DNA of 64,000 nucleotides from Klebsormidium nitens (Eukaryota; Plantae; Klebsormidiophyceae): contig DF237136.1 of NCBI GenBank assembly GCA_000708835.1, positions 94,956 to 158,955 on the forward strand, given 5' to 3'. Below are positions 15,036-26,700 of this stretch, in pieces; the stretch's first letter is position 1; the number at the start of each line of letters is the position of its first letter. Under the pieces are notes generated by a model, which saw only the letters and a program-made list of their open reading frames with translations, had not been told where the DNA came from and ran no database searches. The translations under genes and the position numbers were made by a program.

Positions 15036-18000
15036 ATGACTGAAGCAATGACAGCTGATGGCGGCGTCGACGACGTAGATGATTTCCTCTTCATCATCAA
15101 CCCCAAAGGTGAGCGCTGACTTATCCGTGTCTAATTTCTGCATATGCATCCTGAATTGCTCGAGCCTAAAGATTGCAAGATCTGACCGTAACAATCTTTC
15201 AAGTTATGAGGCTGGGCGGAGGGTCCCTGTATGTACAGATCTGCTAGCCCCCTTCCTTGCAGGGGGCAATGGCCAAACGTTGAAGAGGTGGCGTCAATTA
15301 GCCCCTGAGCTTGAAGCTACTTTCAAAGATTTCAAGGTAAGCACTGCCACCAGACCTTGGGACTTTGCCGCCATGGTTTCTGGATCCACTTTCTCATGAA
15401 GGCTGGTCAAAGAACAGGTGCCCATGACATCCAGGTGACAAGTACCTGCTGTTGTTGCTTGCAGGTGGGGCAAGCACTAACGACTGGACCAGCCCATGCG
15501 ACCACTCTAGCCCGGGACGCATGCAAGAAGGGGGTGCTCGGGGTTATTGCAGTTGGGGGGGATGGGACTATTCACGAGGTGCGAAGTAGTGAAGGCGATT
15601 GTCGCTTGACCACTTGCGCTGGAAATGCACTTGGTAAAACTATCACGTGTGCATATGCCTCTCCTTGGCATTGGGTAAGCGACTTTACAGAGCTATGTTT
15701 TCTCAAATTGAACCAAGCGAATGATGAAAAGGGAGGCCTTGATGCAGGTTGTGAACGGCTTTTTTGAAGAGGACACTGCCAAAGTCGTCTCCAGCCGGCG
15801 AGGCAAGCGCACAGCATTGGGGGTGGGCTAGCTTTCTCATACACACAATGAGCTTGCTGTAGATATAGGCCGGTGAGCCCTTGTTTCACGTTACTATAAG
15901 AGATTCGACCGATGATGGTCTGCAACGATGCAGTGCGTATAGGTGCTGTACTACAATCTCCAAAAAGCAGAGCCCCTTGCTGCGAGCACAATCTCCATAC
16001 TTGTTCAGGTCCCCTTCAAAGCCATACGACTTCCATGATTCTTAAGATGGTGGTTGCAAAGGGCTTCACTCCACCCTTTGCAGATTGTCCCTGCTGGCAC
16101 TGGAAGCGACTTCATCCGAAGTTTTGGCTGGTAAGTGTGCGCATACCTTCACTTGCGTTCTCAAGCGCCACTAGCGGCAGGGATCGATACAATCCTAGAA
16201 TGAGCTTCTATCTAAAAGCTCATTTGCACTCGCTTCTTGTGAGACGCCAAAATATCCTTGCAACCAGATTCAAAGCACAGACATTGCAAGCTCGGCCAAT
16301 CTCAGAAGCTCTGCCGGCTTAGGCTCGCCTGACCCCAGCTGTGATTAGACACTCATAGCTCACTGATTGAAAATAAGTCTCGCTTCTTCATTGTCCAGGA
16401 AGGCCGACTCCCGGGCGGCGTTAGCGCGGCTTGTCCGAGGTCAGCGGAAAGCTATTGACGTGGGCAGAGTGACGTGTTGGGACAATGGCAAGATGAAGAG
16501 CCGCTTCTTCATCAACGAAGCAGACCTAGGCTTGTGAGTTGTGCGTCAAGTGTCTAGTGGCAGCCCAGGTCCGAAGCCATCAAAAACATGCCTAATGTAA
16601 TGAAACAGGAACATGGTGATTGGAAAACATGGTGTTCTGACGCGTTCTCATTTGTTGCTTACATCTTAGGCGCCTGGGCTTCCGCTCGGCCTTAGCTGCG
16701 AAGGCCGTGTTTGCAGGACGGCCCTCGTGGGGCGCGGCGTCCCCCCCTGGAAGTGGCTGGGCGGGCTCAGCTACTCGGCAGCCACCGTGCAGGCCTTCTT
16801 CTCACACGTCAACACCGACCTGCGGATGAAGGTCAGGACGGCGTTTCAAACGAAAACAGAAGCGGTGCAGAAATCCGAAAGCACTGCCCTCGTCTGCTCT
16901 GGGGGTTGAAGAAGGCTAAGCTGGCCGAGGCAATCAATCGTTGGGGGAGCCATAGCCTTGAGGCTCCTCCTAGTCGCTGCGAGTGATGCGTGATCTTCTC
17001 TGCGCTGGCCGCAGGTGGACGGCGGCCCGTGGCAGGCGGTGCCCCAGAACACGGGGACCATCGTCGCCAACGCGCAGTACTTTGGGGGCGGCATGAAAAT
17101 TGCGCCAAAAGCCGACCCGGCAGACGGCCAGCTGGATGTGAGTGCCCCGGGAGACGCAGAAGCGATGGCGAAATCAGTAATAACAATCTGCTGGACACGG
17201 CGGTTGAGATCCTCTCCGTGATTTTGTCTTCTATCACTGGGCCAACCTGCTCCTGAAAGTCGAGCAGTGGCACTAGTCGGGGTCTGACCTAGGTAAATCG
17301 TGCGAAGAGAAATGCAGTTGACATGCAAGGTTCAGAAATTGCCTTCGCAGGCCCTTCAATTCAGAGGGCGCAACGACAGATTTGTATCTTTCCTGTTCAC
17401 GCGACACGTCACAGGCCCCACGCTCCAGCCTGAGCGAAGGCCCGCACCTTTTCTTTTACAGAGGTATGAGCAGATTGAGCAGATTGGCCAGCGACGCTCG
17501 GCTCTGCCGTGGGGTAGCTGTTGACTTTGTTCCCTCCCCTCTGTGCTACTCAGGTGCTCGCCATGAGCCACTTCCGCTGGTACGACTTTCTCCGGAGCAG
17601 TCCTCGCCTGTTTGCCGGCACCCACATCGACCTCAAAGGCGTCACAGCCCTCAGGTGATGTCGCCTGGCCTTTCCTGCAACTTCTGCTTTTGGCCCCACG
17701 AAACTCTAATTGGACATGAGCAAAAACCTCAGGGGGCTCGCCCACCGTCTGCTCTTTGAGAGTGGCGGCTGACAGATTATCTGCACACAACAAAACTGTG
17801 TGGGCAATAAGAGACAAACAATTGCGCGGATTGTGTGAAATCGCCGCTCGGCCCCTTTTGGCTGAGAAGGGCTGTCTTTGCGCTCTGACGTGGGTCTGTT
17901 CTTCAGTCAGTGTGGGTGTCTCAGCCATCCGCGCCTCCTCCCGAAGATTGCAGTGCTTGCTGACGCTGCACCCATTTGTCGGCAGGGTCAAGACCCTCGA

Positions 18001-18133
18001 GATCGAGGCCGCTCTGGAGGGCGACAAGGTCCCCGGCCGGCAGCCGTTTCTGGTTCAGGCGGACGGAGAGCCGCTGGGCACGCTGCCAGCGTCCTTCTCC
18101 ATCCTGCCAGGAGCAATTGACTTGTTAGTATGA
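15036..18133 (+). CDS. LCBK2: Diacylglycerol-kinase-family lipid kinase (YegS/BmrU-like; sphingoid long-chain base kinase 2-like)
   Basis: Spliced exons FIINPKGANG, VIAVGGDGTIHEVVNG, IVPAGTGSDFIRSFGW, FFINEADLG, VANAQYFGGGMKIAP and VQADGEPLG..LPGAIDLLV*. The true start could lie further upstream. Confidence 0.88.
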
Positions 18134-19078
18134 CTCTAGAGGTCGCGTTTTCACGAGACCAAATTGCGTCCAGCAGTTACTAGTGGCCGCCGGCTCAACA
18201 AACAAGGCCGACGGTTTCTTTTTTATTACAAATACCGTTGCAGATTGTCGAAGGGCGTCCGATGCTATCATCATGCCTTCGCAAGCAGAAAAGTCAGGAC
18301 CGTGCACGCTGAGCAGAATCTGGAGATCCGTGAACTCTAGGGCCTGAGTGTACATGCTCCAAGATGGTTGTCACGAGTTGCACAAGATTTGAAGATCAAT
18401 CAAGGTTGAACATTTGGTCTGAATATCTTTGACCGACCTCTGTAAGCAGGGCTGCCCGCCGGGCTCATTGCAGACAGTGCAGCAGATCTATGTTGACTCT
18501 GTCCTCCTTCGTGCTTAATCACGGGTGCCAATATTTACAATCACTTCACTCAGTAGTTTCAAGTTGCTGCTGGCAACCAATCAAAAGCAGATTCAAAGCG
18601 ATCCTGTCCTGCATTTCCTGATCCTGTCTTGAATAGTAGCTTCCGTTCAAACGTCTGCAACGCAAATGGTCACCTGTCGAGCCCCGTGCCGCGCCTTCAA
18701 ACTCCCTGCCTTCTGGCCTTCACGTGGTGCGGTCCCACGTGACCGAGCGTGACCCACTCAGAAATTCACGCTGCAAATGCCATGCCCGTACATGGACGCG
18801 CATGGCATATGCAGCGCGATACCGTACGGAATAACTCAGCACGGGGGATCCCTCAACGGTATAGCAACCATGTGCTCATTGTGCTGCCAGCCGGGCCTGC
18901 AATGACCCGGCCCTGCATTGGCTGGAGCGGCATCCAAATTAAATATAGCTACCGGTCGGTGTTCGGCGCACGCCGGCTTTGATTTTTGCATGATGCAGAA
19001 CGAAGGTCCCGGACCCTGAGGCTGCAGCTAGGAGCTGCGCTGCGCGGGATTGGCAATCCTTTCGCTGAAGCACCTCTC

Positions 19079-22000
19079 ATGCAATTGCTGCAGATAATGG
19101 CCGCCATGAGAGCCGTCCTCTGTGTCTGGCTGGTGCTGCTGCGCCTGGGCATGACTGGCGCCCAGGCAGTGTACCCCACCAACCTGTGTGGCTTCCCTGG
19201 CCCCGATGAATTTTTCCCCCTCCAGTGCTTCTATGACGACGACCTTACCAGCGCAAGCGGCTACGCCTGCTGCCCAGTAAAGTATGGGTGCTGTGGGAGT
19301 AAGTGACGCCGCTGCTCACAGCTTCTAGATTCTCAAGGCACAGCAAGAGGTGCGACAGGCTTTCATCAGAATGGTGCTCCTTATTGGAGTTTCCTGGCAG
19401 TCCACAGGGGTGAATGTGAAGCTCATGGATTACCGGGGTAGTCTGCATATGCTGCATAATGCAGCCGAGACCTTATTTGGCACTCAGAAGCTCAGTAGAA
19501 AGTGCCTTCCGCTTCCAAAGCTGGAACATCTGTTGGCATGATCAGCTGGTGATGATGATGTCAAACCTCCTTCTCGATTCTAGACTCCGCAGACAAGCAG
19601 TCTAAGTTGCATAAACTTCTGAATGCATGTGACAAATTTCTCTGAATCTTCATCAGTATCTGGAACACATGTGCCTCCGCGGATGCAGGTGTTGGATGCT
19701 GCCCCTACAGTGGTATAGCCAGACCCGCTCCCGAAGGTGAGCACGCAGCCCTGCATTCTGATTGGTTGGAAACCAATGTGCGAGTGTAACATGTGCTGAG
19801 AAAGAGCGCATCGTAAGATGGTCGGCTTGAGCTCGCCAAGTAGCACGGAGCGCCGCGAGGCCCAATGCACAATCTGCTTGACTACCTGCCTGCCATCACA
19901 GTTCGCAGGAGGGCCGTCTGGCGATTCTTCAAGAGCTATGCCCTTTTAGGTTTGCAGGGCAGTTCTGTGCCTTCTCTGCGCATCCCTCACTCATTCTTCC
20001 AATTTGGAGCCTTCGCCATGATGCTGACTTGGATTCTACTCGGTTAGCCCCCTGCTTCACCTTCAGAGAGAATCTGTGCCATTGCCAATGGGCCGGTCTT
20101 GTGTCTGCACAGGTTACTGTGGGACTGGTGCTGCCACTGACTTCCCCACCCAGTGCTACTTCAACAACGACCCTCTGCACCGCTATGTCTGTTGCGACGC
20201 AGCCGGCTGCGACGGTGAGGGCTCCACTAACAACTCTACCCAAGGAACTCAACCCGCAAAGTGGTACTCGTCAAAAGCAAGGCATACAGCGAGTGGTATG
20301 CAAGTGTAAATAAGTCAACACTTGGTCCACAGCAAAGCTTTGCCCTCACAAGCTTGCACGTAAAGTTCCGGGGTTCTTGGTGCGGCTCAAGATGCCGTCC
20401 GACACCGTCCCTTTGCAAGGGAGCAATCTGTCGCACAATGCAACCATTTAAGTTTTCCCCCCCCTTGAATGCTGATTATGATGGGCGGTATGGCAGGTTT
20501 CAACGCCGACAAGCTGACCCCGCACTGCAAGAACAACGGCTACATTCCGCCCGGCTTTGGGCTGACACCGCCTGCACCCCCTCCCACGCTGCCGCCCCCG
20601 GCAAAGGGAACCCACGGCAAGCTGATGGGCATCAACCGGCATGGCAGTCGAACTCTTACTATGCGCGGGAATCCCTGCTTCTATCCAAGACTCCGACCTC
20701 CCTCTGGACTTCAAGTTCCCGTCGAGCTTGACGAGATGATTGAGCAATTGCATAGAAGATGACATATTTAAGCACTGCCACAACAGGACGCACTGGCAGA
20801 AGCATTGTGGCAGGCATTGCAATGGTTGCCACGTGCCAAGGCTCTAGCTACTCTCTTCAGGGGTGTGTGGCACGCCAGGCGTGGCGGCATCCTTCCCTTT
20901 TCGGTGCTACTTCAACAACGACCCCGCTGGCCGGTACATCTGCTGTGATGCAGCTGGCTGCAACGGTGAGAGCATGTGGAATTTGCCGCCGAGGCTCGGA
21001 AACCTCTTGGACGGTATCGCCCGGCATTGTGGGACTTTCCGGAGTTGAGTCCAAGATTCTGACAACAGTGGTTTCGCAAGGGGCCAGGCGTAAAAGCTCT
21101 TGCTAGTAACTGTCAGGTTTTGCAAGATGCCTCCTTCGCATCTCTACTCAAGGCTTGCGTTAAGAAGCCGGCGGCTGTGCTATCGACGCAGCAAACTCCC
21201 AAGCCTCTGGGCTTCCACCACCACTCTAATCAGGAGGCGCTCAACCTCGAATGAGGAGCTCCGTCATCAATTCTCACAGCCGGTTGCGTTGCAACCATCT
21301 GATCGCATCCCCTGCGCCCGCACGTTGTTGCTGCAGGCTTCAGCTTCCTCGACGACTTCTACCCCAACTGCGCCGGCAGCTTCTACCTGAAAGAGAAACT
21401 TCGGAGCGGAAGCTCCCCCCTCATCCCCGCCAGCCACTACCCCTAGTCCCTCCAGCACCGGGCCGCCTAGCGGGCCGCAAGGCAAGCCGGCCTTTTGGGT
21501 CGTCCTTTCTCCCAGACGTTCAAGTTGCGTTGTTAGGCTGCATCTCGATTGGTAGCCACCACACGAACATAACGTTGTCTGACACCTCAGGTATTGCACA
21601 TTTGAAAACAACCTCGTGCCTTCTCCACAAGCCGTTGTGCAGGCGTTCCGCTGCGGTGAACGAAGAGAGCATGCTCAGTGTCAGCTTGAGCATTTGTTCT
21701 TCCGAGCCGTTAAAGCACAATGAGCTTTGGCTCATCACGTTACGAAGTAAGTGAATCCTGTCCTCTTTGCATCAATGATTTGGTGCTTTCTGTTGACCAC
21801 TCACACGTAGTCGGTGGCACAGGGGTTTGTGGGACGGGTGCTGCGGCCGCCTTCCCGGTGCGCTGCTACTACAACTCGGACCCGCAGGGCCGCTACGTCT
21901 GCTGCGACGCGAACGGCTGTGACGGTAAAGCCCGAGTGCACCCTCGCCGCCGCGCACCTTTCTCTCGATCCGTTCGTTTACGGCAGCACCGCGAGGAGTC

Positions 22001-22341
22001 TTATAGGTGCTCTGAGAATGTTTGGTGTGGAAGTTACTTTTTTTCGAGTGAGAATAAGTTAGCATTAGGCGTTGATCAGCACTTCGTCGATGGGCGGAGT
22101 CTGAGTGACCTTGTCCACACTCTGGGCACCTCCTGGGGCGATCGCTGTGATTCAAGCGAACCGAAGATGCATGCTCCTGCAGTCCTGCTCACCATCTCTA
22201 GAATCGAAGCAGAGGTGCTAGCGATTGCCGCGCTTGTGACTCCAGAGCTGACCAGAAAACCGTGTGTGTGCAGGGTTCAACCCTCCGGACAACTTGTTCC
22301 CCCACTGCAAGAAGAACGGCTACGTGCCCACCAGCTTGTGA
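19079..22341 (+). CDS. Secreted protein with signal peptide, four related Cys-rich modules and Pro/Ser/Thr linkers; family not recognised; contains one apparent 1-nt frameshift
   Basis: Exons 19079-19298, 19689-19736, 20113-20214, 20497-20616, 20861-20965, 21337-21481, 21823-21924 and 22274-22341 all join in phase 1. Repeated motif CGxxxxxxFPxxCY[FY]NxDPxxRYxCCDAxGCxG-FxxxDxxxPxC. Confidence 0.8.
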
Positions 22342-23777
22342 CTGGAGGTACATGCGGCCTTTGAGAATTTAAGCCGTCTAAACTTGAACTTTTTGACCTA
22401 TGATTGCTTTCTTCGTCGCCGAAAGGGCGATGTATCAGAAGTCGATTTTCGGTCGTCACAGATGCAGGATGTCAAGAGCAGATCTAGTTTTGAATTATGC
22501 TGGCAGGCAGATTTGAGAAACTTGCCAAGTGGTTTTCTCGGCCTAGAGTTGACTCGTGTGTAGGCAACGAGTTGCATTTGAATTGAGCTGGCGTTGCTGA
22601 ATCCAGATGACAGCTAGTGGTGAAAATCTGATTGGCCGGCCGAACATTCTCTTGAATAAAGTTAGCCTTAAGGCACGAAAACTTGACATGATCGTCCTCG
22701 AATCGTCAATCAAGCTCGTACCCATTTTCTGCAAAGATCTTCGACATTGAAAGATTCATGTGGCCGCACGCGGACAAAATTAGAACCACTTCAATCATGC
22801 ACCATGAAGGCTTATACGCAGCATGCTGCACTGCACGGTTGATTACCGTCCCATGTTGTCCGGCCGGCGCGGCATATAGTCGGAAGCGAGTGCATGATCA
22901 TTTAACGTGGATCCGGTCTCTTTGATGGAAAAAGAAAACAACTTAGCTCGATCCAATTGCACATACAATATCATTGGCACTGATGAGCCGATCGGGCCAC
23001 CGTATTCAACATAGCACATAGCATATGCAACGCGTCCCATTTGCTCATCAAGGATGTGACACGATACTATAAAGGTCGATCTGATTTCGAAGTGGATCAA
23101 TTAACAAGTCCAAATATCACACGAGCTATATGATTCATGATTGTCTTGTGACTTGATTGCAACTTATCTCTGTGGGACGGCGTCTGCATGATGCATATTT
23201 TTGGACCTATATTTCAAATCCAATATGAAGATATCGAAGACTTTGTTTTCCGACCCAACTGAATACGAGTGTACAGCGGGCGCGCACATTCACTGGGTGC
23301 GTGCTATCAAGCTGCATATCCTTCTACCTAACTTCAGCCTCTTGTGTTGTACGTTCATATCTAGGCGGTCTTTATGAGATGACTAGCTGATCAAGCAATG
23401 CTGGCCATGCAAGAAAGGCACCCGCAAGCGCAGATCCGTCTGGAGGGGCCTTAGGTATGCTGTAGGTCTGTATGTCTGCATGCAGATTATTTCTGAGATT
23501 CGGCTTGTCATACTATCATACCCTAGCTGCAGCTGGACTTCAATGATCGTTGATCGGGACAGGGCGTGCTTCGCCCCAGAGAGCTCGCAGCATAATGATC
23601 TAGCCCTGCCGGGCCTATATGTGAGGATTTTTTAAGGGACGAGAATCAAACAGTGCCTCCCTAAAACCCTAAAGTCAGCAGAACCTCCCCAATCTCGAGA
23701 TCAGTTTCTTAAGTGAGGAAACAGCACTGCTCGCGCGCACGGCTGAGCAGCTCGTCCGGTGGCCCGCCTGCAGCCCC

Positions 23778-26700
23778 TCATGCTTTCCAGGTGGTCGGCC
23801 TCAGTGAGCTGCCCACGACAGACCTCCGAGGCGTGCTCGTCCCCGAGTTCACCTGCGACCGCTGCAACACGAGAAAGAAATCGATCAGTCCCTCCGATGA
23901 GAGCGATCCGCAGCAGAACATAGAAGAGAGACAGCGCCCGACGTCCCGGGCCTCTTGCCCATCATTTTCAGCGGAAAGCCGTATCTCATATTTCGTTCCC
24001 AACGAGTATCCTTTCTGGGTATGAGACGGCACCCGCTAGATCGAACGTTGCAGCCTTGCGAGGCAGCCGCCAGAGCAACGAAGAGTGTGAACCTGCCGCT
24101 GGCGGGCGGGGCGGTCCGTGACCGTCCAATTGATGCGATTGAATGCAGTCACTGGCAAAAGTCTATCATGTTGACCATGGTACGTTTAAGGAGCGGCGCT
24201 CACCAGCTTGTCGACCTCGCTGAGCACCGTCTTGAGCTCCATCATCTGGTCCGTCGAGGCCTTGCTCTCGAGCGCCACGCGCACGCTCTGCAGCTGCACA
24301 CCCACCCACGAGCGCTGAGTCAGCCAACTGTGGGGCTCTGAGTCACTTGTCGTCCTATTCTGGAGTCGCGGGCTCAAAAACTTTGAGCGGTTGGCCAACA
24401 TGCGCTTGTTGACAGGGATATAAGTCGAACCAGATGCAAAAACATTCCTACCACAGTTCGTTTGTCTCTTGAAGGGCGGCTTTCTGCAGTCCTTGTTAGT
24501 GGCACCAGGTTCAGAGAAGGAAGACTTTGAGGCCGGGATGCCCACCTCTTGGCGGCAGAGCCGTTGGATGCTCTCCATTTGGCCGGTGAGCTTGAGCAGC
24601 ACGGGCTCCATCTGCTTGGCCTGCTCCTCCAGCTTCGTCGCCTGCTCCGCCGCGCGCGCGCGGCAGTTGCCCGCCAGTTCCTGGCACCGGTGGTCGATCT
24701 GCTCCTGCAGCCCCTCCCGCACGCCCGCCACCTGCGCAAACAAACCAGCAGGGTGAAGTGTCGGCAAGCCGTGTTTCAAAGCCAGGGCGTGCCTTTGAGA
24801 AGTTGGTTTCGCAACGACAAGATATGAAGGCCTAATTGAGCTTTCTCGAGATTACTTTATGAAAGGCAATCAGCAGAAAAGTACTGTAAAGCGCCTCGGG
24901 TGGCTCCTCTTTGGCGAACACAGGCGGTGGACTTTGGGAGGAAAATCAAATTTGAGTTTGTGGGCACCCTCCAGGCTGTCTGATACTGGAAGAGACGAGT
25001 CGAGTCTCGTATTGGAAAACCCACGTTTTGTCCATCCAGCGGCCCAAAAAGAAATGGTAAGAACTCTTCCTTACCTCAGTCGATATCTTCGCTGTCAGGT
25101 CGGTCAACTGCAGAAACGGGGGATGGCTCAGCAAGACGCCTTGAGGAGCAATACTTCGCGGCCCATAAAAGAACTGCTCGTGATCCCATACCACGAAGTT
25201 TGAACTAACACGAAGAGCTTTGCGTGGATTCGACTACTGGCAAGCCTGCAGGAGTTGGGCCTCAGTATGTAACATCTACTGGATCGGCGGATACGTAGCC
25301 GTTGCGAGGACGTGGCCGCAGCATGCTTGGAGCACCCAGTGTGGCATCTTCTCTCGTTCCGCTCCTCACTTGTTGCCGCAGCGCGCCCACTTGCGCGTCG
25401 ACCAGCTCGGCGGCCTGCTTCTCGCTCGCGCTCTGCGCGGCGGACACGCGCGTATCCAGCGTCTCCAGAGACTCCTTCCGCGCCGCCTCCAGCTGCCAAC
25501 ACGACGCACGGCGGGTCGGTGAGGTGTGGGAGCGACAATGCAAACTGTCTCTCATGACTGGATGTACCTTGACGTCTAGCCTTCCTTGTCAAAATCCAAT
25601 CTCTTGCGAAGAGCTTTCGACCCGCACTACGGAGTCCAATGCAGACGAAGCAGGCTTGCAAGTCGATCGGAAGGATAGCATTTGGATAGTGCAGGCACCT
25701 TTTGTGACAGCTCCTGGGCGAACGGTACAAGGTTGTGAAAAATCGCGAAAACGCAGGAGCGCGGTAAGAATGCCCCACCGCGGAACGTCGCTTTCGTCTC
25801 ACCTTGCCCTCCAGCGTTCCCAGGCGCCGCGTGAGGTCGGCCGAGCCAGCGCGCTCCGTCTCGAGCTCCTGCAGCGACGGGCCGTCAGCAGTGAATGGAA
25901 CGGACAAATACCCAGACCATTGCGACGCTCGAGACCGCGACAGTCGTGCTTGCGCCCGAAGTATTGAAAAGAGGCAAGCAACCCGCTGAGCGAGATTGTT
26001 TACACAGCCGTCTCAAGAGCTGCACCCGGGTGGCCGGCTCACCTTGTTCAGAGCGGCGGTCGCCTTGCCGAGAGCCGCCTCCAGGGTTGCGGCCGTCACC
26101 GCCCCCGCCACACCCGTCTGTACCCACCCACGAAACAGGCCCTCAGGGACAGCAAACTCTTGGCTGCTTACTAGGAGGGAGGCATGGAAACTGAAGCATG
26201 GACCTGCCTTTTACCTGACCAAGCTCAGGCTTGTTTTCCCTCCTACCAGGAGCACACGTGACAGAGAGTTTCCGCGCTCAACGATCTTCCGTTAAGGACC
26301 AGTAAGCAGACATGAAGATCAAAGGTTTTTGAAAATCCTCCGGGCGCTGTTGCATTATGCGTGCTGACCTTGAGCTGGTCCCCGTCCTGGCGCAGCTGCA
26401 GCAGTTGCTGTTGCAGCCTGGCCTCCACGTCCGACACGCGCTGGGCGACCACGGCCGACGCCGCGCGCTCCTGCTGCAGCTCCTGCACAAACCAAGCCAA
26501 GAGCAGCAGGTAAGAGCGCGCGCACATTTGTGAGCTGCAGCCATGCTTGATTGAAGCGTCGTGTACGTAGAATCCAGATTTATGCCTTTCTTAAACGATA
26601 GAAAAGTACGACGTGCAGTACACAGATGACCTTAGAAGATTCGAGCACACAACGGTCCGGACCATAAGGACCCATCGAGTGACTGCCAAGTGCGCCACTG

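Noticed and set aside
19580-19870. Antisense Cys-containing ORF inside the Cys-rich gene
   Set aside because: It overlaps the sense 48-nt exon and lacks the module consensus or a signal peptide.
19909-19949. Possible terminal exon GGPSGDSSRAMPF* that would split the Cys-rich gene in two
   Set aside because: It is in phase, but no convincing signal-peptide exon exists for a second gene. A single gene is simpler, although an alternative short isoform is not excluded.
23659-23673. CCCTAAAACCCTAAA telomere-like dimer
   Set aside because: Only two units; consistent with a telo-box or chance, not an interstitial telomere array.
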